From assembly GCA_964276515.1 (NCBI GenBank), contig OZ193909.1, positions 9,982,001-10,046,000 of the forward strand: DNA of 64,000 nucleotides, given 5' to 3'. A program made the translations under genes and the position numbers. Each line of letters starts with the position of its first letter. Position 1 is the stretch's first letter. The notes under the pieces were generated by a model. The model saw only the letters and a list, made by a program, of their open reading frames with translations, was not told where the DNA came from and ran no database searches. Shown one piece after another: positions 45,001-52,418 of this stretch. The stretch is from Gordius albopunctatus (lineage: Eukaryota).

Positions 45001-46646
45001 AAATAATTTTAAATATTTTGAGCTAAAAAACGATATTTTTTGTTATTTTATGTAAAAGAGCTTGAAAAAATATGTAAAAGTAAGCTAATTTGAGATTCAT
45101 ATTAATCTCGATCGACTCCTTATAAGAAGTTTTAATCTGCGAAAAGTATTATTTTGAGGAAAGACAACATTATATTGTTGCGATTAGTTTGTTTCATCGC
45201 GACGAGAGTGCTGAATTTTTGAAACATGCTATATGCGATGATTATTTCAAAGTAATAGTTATCTAATTATGATAAATTTTTACTTCTTATCATGAAAATC
45301 ACGTCTGAAAATAACAACTTTCATCGGATGAATATGGTTTAATGGAAATAATTTTAAATATTTTGAGCTGAAAAATATATTTTTTGTTATTTTATGTAAA
45401 AGAGCTTGAAAAAATATATAAAAGTAAGCTAATTTGAGATTCCTATTAATCTCGATCGACTCCTTATAAGAAGTTTAAAGCTGCGAGAACTATCATTTTG
45501 AGGAAAGACAACGTTATATTGTTGCGATTAGTTTGTTTCATCGCGACGAGAGTGCTGAATTTTTGAAGCATGCTATATGCGATGATTATTTCAAAGTAAT
45601 AGTTATCTAATTGTGATAAATTTTTACTTCTTATCATGGAATACACGTCTGAAAATAACAACTTTCATCGGATCAATATGTGTTAATGGAAATAATTTTT
45701 AATATTTTGAGCTGAAAAATATATTTTTTGTTATTTTATGTAAATGAGCTTGAAAAAATATATAAAAGTAAGATAATTTGAGATTCCTATTAATCTCGAT
45801 CGACTCCTTATAAGAAGTTTTAAGCTGCGAGAACTATCATTTTGAGGAAAGACAACGTTATATTGTTGCGATTAGTTTGTTTCATCGCGACGAGAGTGCT
45901 GAATTTTTGAAACATGCTATATGCGATGATTATTTCAAAGTAATAGTTATCTAATTGTGATAAATTTTTACTTCTTATCATGATAATCACGTCTGAAAAT
46001 AACAACTTTCATCGGATGAATATGGTTTAATGGAAATAATTTTAAATATTTTGAGCTGAAAAATATATTTTTTGTTATTTTATGTAAAAGAGCTTGAAAA
46101 AATAGATAAAAGTAAGCTAATTTGAGATTCCTATTAATCTCGATCGACTCCTTATAAGAAGTTTTAAGCTGTGAGAACTATCATTTTGAGGAGAGACAAC
46201 GTTATATTGTTGCGATTAGTTTGTTTCATCGCGACGAGAGTGCTGAATTTTTGAAACATGCCATATGCGATGATTATTTCAAAGTAATAGTTATCTAATT
46301 GTGATAAATTTTTACTTCTTATCATGAAAATCACGTCTGAAAATAACAACTTTCATCGGATCAATATGTGTTAATGGAAATAATTTTTAATATTTTGAGC
46401 TGAAAAATATATTTTTTGTTATTTTATGTAAAAGAGCTTGAAAAAATATATAAAAGTAAGCTAATTTGAGATTCCTATTAATCTCGATCGACTCCTTATA
46501 AGAAGTTTTAAGCTGCGAGAACTATCATTTTGAGGAAAGACAACGTTATATTGTTGCGATTAGTTTGTTTCATCGCGACGAGAGTGCTGAATTTTTGAAA
46601 CATGCTATATGCGATGATTATTTTAAAGTAATAGTTATCTAATTAT
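1..46646. repeat. Tandem satellite array, ~344-bp AT-rich monomer (left arm, ~136 monomers)
   Basis: The same unit (…CTCGATCGACTCCTTATAAGAAGTTTTAAGCTGCGAGAACTATCATTTTGAGGAAAGACAACG…) recurs every 344/345 bp, or 337/338 bp when GTTTGTT is deleted from GCGATTA[GTTTGTT]TCATCGCG. ORF-track spacing confirms the period. The array runs off the left edge of the window. Confidence 0.98.
46642..46646. other. Target-site duplication, left copy (ATTAT)
   Basis: ATTAT immediately precedes the LTR start TGTT. Removing the element plus one copy restores the satellite variant ATCTAATTATGATAAA. Confidence 0.92.
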
Positions 46647-47299
46647 TGTTTTGTCCGGTAACGATGGATGAAGTTAGTCTTGGTCAATTGTTATGTTCAA
46701 GGGCTTCTGTAACGTCAGGGTTGGAGTGATAGTTTCAGGGGATTTTGGCTCTTAATCCCGGTCGTTAAATATTGATGCCTTATATGTTTTCGGTTATATT
46801 GAGAGAGAACGTAGTCCAGAATCAATTTACAATAAATGAACTTTATTCGATACAAGTCACGTCATAGGATACAATTAGCGTGGCAATTATAATTATCTGA
46901 GGAGTTGTAGCGAAGAAGGGAATTTCGTAAAGCAATGACAAAATATATATAATAATCATTTTATATATGGAAACAGGGTCTTTTTATAATGCCCAAGTTT
47001 CCTAACCCCCGCCTGTTCCTTATAAGGAAAATGTTATTAAATTAAACCCCGGCCTCATTTTTTTAGCTTATCTACCTTTTTTATCTTCTTGAACTACCCC
47101 TTTTCCGGCCTCATTTTAAGCTTATCTACTGTACTAGAACTTTTTCCGGTCTGATTTTAAGCTTATCTGCTCTTACATCTTTTTGAAGTGCTTAATCTTG
47201 ACCGCTCTCCCCGCTATGAGGATACAATATTCCATCCCCTGCATATGAATATTCTCCAATTCTACTACACCTGCTCCCTTAAGTCTTGAGGATACAACA
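46647..47299 (-). repeat. 3' LTR (653 bp)
   Basis: TGTTTTGTCC...GGATACAACA, a direct repeat of 52419-53071 with no difference seen by eye. Imperfect terminal inverted repeats TGTT..TCC / GGA..AACA. Confidence 0.96.
46842..46847 (-). promoter_or_regulatory. Candidate polyadenylation signal AATAAA in the 3' LTR
   Basis: TTTATT on + reads AATAAA on -. It lies ~135 nt downstream (minus sense) of the candidate TATA box, consistent with U3-R-U5 order. Confidence 0.5.
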
Positions 47300-47327
47300 C
47301 CTTCCCCCTTTTTTTTTTTTTTTTTTT
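47300..47327 (-). promoter_or_regulatory. Polypurine tract (A19-GGGGGAAGG)
   Basis: Pure purine run on the minus strand directly abutting the 3' LTR. Confidence 0.88.
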
Positions 47328-47406
47328 AATCCCCCCACCAAACCGCGAACAAACCCGGGGCCAAGGGTATATATTATAACGCGTCATATTAAAAAAAACA
47401 TGAATA

Positions 47407-47462
47407 AAAGGTGACATAAGTACAGGTGATTGTGAAAGGTGACATAAGTACAGGTGATTGTG
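47407..47462. repeat. 28-bp perfect tandem duplication in the element's 3' untranslated region
   Basis: AAAGGTGACATAAGTACAGGTGATTGTG at 47407-47434 and again at 47435-47462. Confidence 0.9.
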
Positions 47463-47514
47463 AACAATTACACCACACTTGTTTTGACGAAGTAGACATA
47501 ACGGGTACGGGAGA

Positions 47515-47916
47515 TCAATGTTGTTGAGATGAGGGACCTCGTAGGACTGGCTCAATCCATAGTGATTTTACGATTTGAATTTTTCGTACCCCGGTCGCAA
47601 GTTGTTGGAAACTTTCTTCCCATTGATCGGTTTGGGTAAAGGCATCTTTAAATTTTCGGCGTCTTTCCCCTTCAGCTACCCGAGCTCGAATCCATTTGCG
47701 CTTGATTCGCCGGTACGTTACATTTTTATTACAGTTCCACACACACTCCTTCCACAGGTGCGTCCCCCTCTCGTTGCAAACATAGCATACGATTCCCACC
47801 TCTCGCACCTCTTCGAAATAATAGCATTCAGTGGTGAGGTGGTTGTACCTTTCACAAATGTGACACCTAGTTTCTAAATAGAAAAAAAAATATAACGCGT
47901 AAAGTATTATACACAT
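47515..47916 (-). CDS. Post-pol ORF (133 aa from the ATG at 47916; frame open from an ATG at 47961): hydrophobic N-terminus, two zinc knuckles, basic tract
   Basis: MCIILYALYFFFYL, then CHICERYNHLTTEC (CX2CX4HX4C, 47824-47865), CYVCNERGTHLWKEC (CX2CX5HX4C, 47743-47787) and RRIKRKWIRAR…RRRK. The ATG lies 2 nt after the pol stop (TAG GG ATG). Confidence 0.7.
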   Translation of the reverse strand: MCIILYALYFFFYLETRCHICERYNHLTTECYYFEEVREVGIVCYVCNERGTHLWKECVWNCNKNVTYRRIKRKWIRARVAEGERRRKFKDAFTQTDQWEESFQQLATGVRKIQIVKSLWIEPVLRGPSSQQH

Positions 47917-47918
47917 CC

Positions 47919-50900
47919 CTACACTCCTCCCCTCCTCTTCAACTGATCCACATGTCGCCAAACTTCAACGCCTGTTTCCATTGCCACCCTTAGCCGGTAC
48001 CCCCCTTCTACGGCTATAATAACCCCCTTAACCCATTTATTAGGCCCCTGATACATCCGCATCCAAACCATGTCCCCCAATTTAAAACGTGATGGCCTTC
48101 CTTCCCTCTTCCTCCCCTCTTCCTGTATCATTTGATCTAGTCGCAGGCGACCCGTACGTCCCAAAAATTTAGATGATGGTGAACTCCCATCTTTGCCGAT
48201 CGTGTTGTGATACATCAATTTCATGAGCCATGGTTCACTCCCTCCACTTTTTTCTTTTAGTAACCAACCTTTAACCACCCCTACCATACGTTCGGCTTGG
48301 CCATTGGAACTAGGGTGATACGGCACCGTTACGATATGTTCCACCCCATGACTTCTGCAAAATTCCCCAAACGGTCGACTGGTAAAAGCCGGCCCTCCAT
48401 CCGAAACTATGGTTCCTGGCAAACCATACTTAGCTATTAATCCCTTCAATACCCGTATTATTATTCGTGTAGAACTACCATTTACCCTCTCATATTCGAC
48501 CCATTTCGTGCACGCATCAACAACAATAAAGTAGACCTTCCCTAGGCATTCAAAAAAGTCTACATGTATCCTGTCCCATGGATTATACGCTATGACCCAA
48601 CTCGTACCTTTTATTTTTGGAGGCATAGCCGCAATTCTATTACATGCCTCACAATTTTGACATACCTCCGTTATATCTTTCGTTATTCGAGGCCACCAAA
48701 CATATTCTCGGGCCCACCTCTTCATCTTTACAATTCCTTGATGACCGAGATGGAGCTCTCGTAGCACTTCTTGACGAAGACCCTTAGGGATTACTAACCT
48801 AAAACCTTTAGTTACTGTCCCTTCCACTAAATACAATTGTTTTTTAACCCTCTGATATGAGATAAGCGCCAGTGGCCATTCTGCATGTCCCTGAAGGCAT
48901 TCCCGTAATTTTTTGATTTCAACATCCTCCGTTGATGCATCTTTGATATCATTCCATGAGATGGGTCCCCCTTCTGATATATGCAATACACACGGAGTAT
49001 CGTCTTGATTATATATTCCTTCTACCGAATCGTCAATTTCAGTTGTTACAAGATCCGTAGTTTTACTTTCCCCATACATGCGGGATAAGGTGTCCGCCAG
49101 ATAGTTGTGTTTTCCCTTACGATACACTATGTCCATATCAAAGGCTCCAACCACCACCAACCATCTTTGAAGTCGCGATGATAACATCAGGTCGTGATTG
49201 TCTTTCCGAAATAGCGAGACTAAAGGCTTGTGATCGGTGTAAAGGGTAAAGTGTTTACCTACAATATATTCTCGACATTTGACTAAGCCATACACCACAG
49301 CCAACGCTTCCTTTTCAATTACGGAGTACCTTAGTTCGGGATCCCGGAATTTGCGTGAAAAGTAGCTTACGGGTCGTTCCATTTCATCTATAACTTGTAG
49401 CAATGCCCCCCCGACCGCCTCTTGAGACGCATCTACTACGACATGTATTTCCTTGTCTGGGTTGAAGCAAATTAATACTGGAGCTTTCACGACGCACTCT
49501 TTTAGACCTTGAAATATGGCTTCTGCCTCTTCTCCCCACTTAAAGATTGTATTAATTTTTATTAGATCATATAATGTCCTTGCTCGAGCTGCAAACCGGG
49601 GAATATATTTATGGTAGTAATTTATTAATCCAAGAAAAGATTGCAATTCTTTTTTAGATTTGGGTGCCCTAATATCCCTTAACGCTTCTACCTTATTTTC
49701 CAGAGGACGTATCGTCCCATTTTCAATAATATGTCCTAGATAGGATATTTGGTTTGCTCTAAATATACATTTTTCTTTGGACACTCTCAACCCATTGTTT
49801 TCAATTATTCTTAAAACCTCCATTAACCGGAAATTATGTTCGGCTTCACTTCGCCCCGCTATCAATAGATCGTCCATATAGTAGAAAACGCCTTCTAAGC
49901 CTTGAAATAAGGAATTCATAGCCATTTGAAAAATAGGAGCCGATATGCTCAAGCCGAAAGGCAACCTAAGAAAAGTGAAGAGACCTAAATGGGTGTTAAT
50001 GGTTAAACTTAGACTCATTTCTTCCGACACTTTTAATTGCAGGTAGGCGTTTGCGAAATCTATTTTGGAGAACACCTTGCACCCACTCAGTTTAACCAAT
50101 ATCTCTTCCAGTCTTGGCAACGGGAATCGGACCAGTTCAATACTAGGGTTCAAGGTGATTCGGAAATCAGCACAGAGCCTTAATTTTCCGTCCGCCTTCC
50201 TAACTGGGACCAATGGGGTTGCCCAATAACTAAATACTACGGGCTTGGTTATTCCCTCCTTAACCCATTTTTTTAGTTCCTCTTCGATCTCAGATCTCCA
50301 CTCGTAGGGCACTCTCCGGGCCGGACAAAATTTAGGTTTTACACCTTCCTTAAACTTCATGGTAGCCTCAAAGCGTTTTAGACATCCTAATTCCCTTTTA
50401 AACATAAGCGGAAATTTGTCCCATATGTCTTGAGCTTGTTCCTCAACCTCCTTTTTAGAAATCACCTCCACCTTAATAAAACTACGATACTCTCCAGGTA
50501 TACTTTTAAGGATCTTGAGCCACTCTAATTCAAAACTCTGAATCCAGTCCCACCCGAAAATATTACTTGTCCCTGCCTCCGAGACGTATAATATTAAATT
50601 CTTACTAATGTTGTTTATAGTTACCCGGGCTTCACATTGCCCTATCAAGCGCACTTTCTCATTATTGAAAATTTTAATTTCTAAGTTAGATACTGTATAC
50701 AATCCCTGAATACCACTCGCAAAATAATCATTTTTGCTTAGGATCGTTATAGAAGAACCTGTATCAAAAATAAAGGTTACTGGGCCATTATTTAATTGTA
50801 TTTCAAGGGTAGGGATTTTACCTAAAATTACATTGACAACATCTACTTCTAGTTCACGGTAAGGATCATTTTCTTTAATACTCTTTTTATCATACTTTAG

Positions 50901-51650
50901 GAATTTTTCTTTCCATTTATTTTTACCCGCCTTTTCTAAGCTGCGACATTTTTGGTTTTTTATTGTTATTACATTAACATCAATCTCCTTAATTAAAAGA
51001 TACATAAAATTCGCCCATATCCTCCCCATACACCCACACTCAAACTTAATGACCCGATTCTGATCCTTGGCATAGGCGTTCTCATCATTTACTCGTCGAG
51101 CTAATTTTAAGGTGTCTAGAATTATTTCCCATTTAAACCCTTTTTTTAACATTTTAAACCTTCCCGTTTTACATAGGTTTTCATTAACGTCCCTAGGTGT
51201 TGTTAACGATTCAACATACGCATAAGGATGCAAATAGTTATGATCACTAAATTCCGAAACATTGAAATTGGTAATATTACACCAATTAATTCGTAATCGC
51301 CCCAACATAAGTGGGATCGATTTTATATTATATAATGGAGGACCAGTACAGGAAGTTTGCCAGGGCTTGACATCGATTCCTCGCGCCTCACGCCTACTAG
51401 CCTCGCTCCCGCGATTTATAATCTTTCCATAAATCATATGGTACTTGTCCTCCCTATATATGACATACCCCATTTTTAGAGTATTTTTAATAATTAAGCT
51501 ATCATGTAGCTTGATGTTTTCGGTGTGATCACATAATTTGTATTTTCGTCCTTTACATAATAAATTTACTTTAAAAGTAATGAATCGTCTAGAATTGGTT
51601 ATTATTTTAACAATAATCCCAAAAATCCAAATCAAAAATATTCTCAACAT
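47919..51650 (-). CDS. pol: Pol polyprotein, 1243 aa: unknown N-terminal domain, aspartic protease, reverse transcriptase, RNase H, integrase
   Basis: Protease FDTGSS (D at aa 296, nt 50763-50765). RT motifs WATPLVPVRK..LRLCADF, KIDFANAY, LPFG and YMDD (49869-49880). RNase H VDAS…YSVIEKEALA…TDHKPL. Integrase H-X2-H…C-X2-C zinc region and D (48558-60), D (48399-401), E (48291-93) with D-35-E spacing. C-terminus F..GD.VW…RHVDQL. No internal stops. Confidence 0.96.
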   Translation of the reverse strand: MLRIFLIWIFGIIVKIITNSRRFITFKVNLLCKGRKYKLCDHTENIKLHDSLIIKNTLKMGYVIYREDKYHMIYGKIINRGSEASRREARGIDVKPWQTSCTGPPLYNIKSIPLMLGRLRINWCNITNFNVSEFSDHNYLHPYAYVESLTTPRDVNENLCKTGRFKMLKKGFKWEIILDTLKLARRVNDENAYAKDQNRVIKFECGCMGRIWANFMYLLIKEIDVNVITIKNQKCRSLEKAGKNKWKEKFLKYDKKSIKENDPYRELEVDVVNVILGKIPTLEIQLNNGPVTFIFDTGSSITILSKNDYFASGIQGLYTVSNLEIKIFNNEKVRLIGQCEARVTINNISKNLILYVSEAGTSNIFGWDWIQSFELEWLKILKSIPGEYRSFIKVEVISKKEVEEQAQDIWDKFPLMFKRELGCLKRFEATMKFKEGVKPKFCPARRVPYEWRSEIEEELKKWVKEGITKPVVFSYWATPLVPVRKADGKLRLCADFRITLNPSIELVRFPLPRLEEILVKLSGCKVFSKIDFANAYLQLKVSEEMSLSLTINTHLGLFTFLRLPFGLSISAPIFQMAMNSLFQGLEGVFYYMDDLLIAGRSEAEHNFRLMEVLRIIENNGLRVSKEKCIFRANQISYLGHIIENGTIRPLENKVEALRDIRAPKSKKELQSFLGLINYYHKYIPRFAARARTLYDLIKINTIFKWGEEAEAIFQGLKECVVKAPVLICFNPDKEIHVVVDASQEAVGGALLQVIDEMERPVSYFSRKFRDPELRYSVIEKEALAVVYGLVKCREYIVGKHFTLYTDHKPLVSLFRKDNHDLMLSSRLQRWLVVVGAFDMDIVYRKGKHNYLADTLSRMYGESKTTDLVTTEIDDSVEGIYNQDDTPCVLHISEGGPISWNDIKDASTEDVEIKKLRECLQGHAEWPLALISYQRVKKQLYLVEGTVTKGFRLVIPKGLRQEVLRELHLGHQGIVKMKRWAREYVWWPRITKDITEVCQNCEACNRIAAMPPKIKGTSWVIAYNPWDRIHVDFFECLGKVYFIVVDACTKWVEYERVNGSSTRIIIRVLKGLIAKYGLPGTIVSDGGPAFTSRPFGEFCRSHGVEHIVTVPYHPSSNGQAERMVGVVKGWLLKEKSGGSEPWLMKLMYHNTIGKDGSSPSSKFLGRTGRLRLDQMIQEEGRKREGRPSRFKLGDMVWMRMYQGPNKWVKGVIIAVEGGYRLRVAMETGVEVWRHVDQLKRRGGV

Positions 51651-51952
51651 TTTGATGATAGTTTAATTCCCACAGACGTTATTCTCCCTTAATTTTTCAA
51701 GTGGAATCGATTCTTTATAATTATATTATAATGTCTTTATTATTACAATTTTTTAGCCCACGAGTATTGACCTAACGCTGCCTGTTGTTATCGGAGTATT
51801 AAATATGGGTATATATGTATGCCGATATATATGCGAATTTGGGGGGGGGGGTAGAATTAATATTATATTTATAAATTGTTATACTTTATAATGGTAAGAA
51901 TAATTAAATATAAATTACTTTACATTAAATACATATATAGTTACATTGGCCC

Positions 51953-52252
51953 CTATAGTCTTTTGTATTTCGGAAACTCAAAATTATTCTTGCAAAATTC
52001 CGCCCTATGCCCTACTATCCCGCATTTCATGCACCTCGGATTTTTATAATTGTTGAAATTATTTCTATGGGGTGGGGAATTGGGTATTACTGGATTATAT
52101 ACAGTTCTATTATTACTAAAATAAAAAATCAATGTACGTCGTAATTTATCAAAGAGAACGCCTAAAAGAAAAACAAGCAAAACATCAATATAAACATTCA
52201 GTTTCAACCATACTGATTCTAAATATATCCTAAGAGGAACTTGATCAAACAT
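51953..52252 (-). CDS. Small pre-pol ORF (99 aa): hydrophobic segment plus one CCHC zinc knuckle
   Basis: VYIDVLLVFLLGVLF followed by KLRR, a Pro/Asn-rich linker, and CMKCGIVGHRAEFC (canonical CX2CX4HX4C, 51992-52033). It occupies the gag position but is far too short to contain a capsid domain. Confidence 0.7.
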   Translation of the reverse strand: MFDQVPLRIYLESVWLKLNVYIDVLLVFLLGVLFDKLRRTLIFYFSNNRTVYNPVIPNSPPHRNNFNNYKNPRCMKCGIVGHRAEFCKNNFEFPKYKRL

Positions 52253-52329
52253 TTTAATAGAAGCTTTTTTGTTAAAATAGTTATATTAAGTATTATTATA
52301 ATTATTAAAAGAATAATAATTTTAAACAT
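52219..52329 (-). CDS. Putative 36-aa hydrophobic upstream ORF (MFKIIILLIIIIILNITILTKKLLLKCLIKFLLGYI)
   Basis: Manual translation. It overlaps the start of the 99-aa ORF by 34 nt and could simply reflect AT-rich sequence. Confidence 0.25.
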   Translation of the reverse strand: MFKIIILLIIIIILNITILTKKLLLKCLIKFLLGYI

Positions 52330-52407
52330 GTCATCGTTATTTGGTACCTTTATATTGCATCGGTTTTTGATAAGTCCCTTATTCGTAAGGTCGTGGGGTA
52401 TCGCTTC

Positions 52408-52417
52408 CGGGGCACCA
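52408..52417 (-). promoter_or_regulatory. Primer-binding site TGGTGCCCCG
   Basis: Begins with TGG 1 nt after the 5' LTR end and is complementary to a tRNA ending …CGGGGCACCA. From recall, this matches animal elongator tRNA-Met. Confidence 0.8.
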
Positions 52418-52418
52418 C

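Noticed and set aside
47265..47555. 96-aa minus-strand ORF
   Set aside because: It runs through the 28-bp duplication, the A19/PPT (giving poly-Lys) and into the LTR, and has no domain. Most likely incidental.
47575..47877. 100-aa plus-strand ORF
   Set aside because: Antisense shadow of the zinc-knuckle ORF with no motif.
47515..47961. Classical env gene
   Set aside because: Too short, with no recognisable ectodomain/fusion-peptide/C-terminal TM layout. It carries zinc knuckles instead.
47919..48100. Chromodomain at the integrase C-terminus
   Set aside because: The sequence fits the ordinary F..GD.V…W..G…RH.DQL integrase tail, and no chromodomain aromatic-cage pattern is evident.
48564..48764. 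66-aa plus-strand ORF
   Set aside because: Antisense to integrase with no motif.
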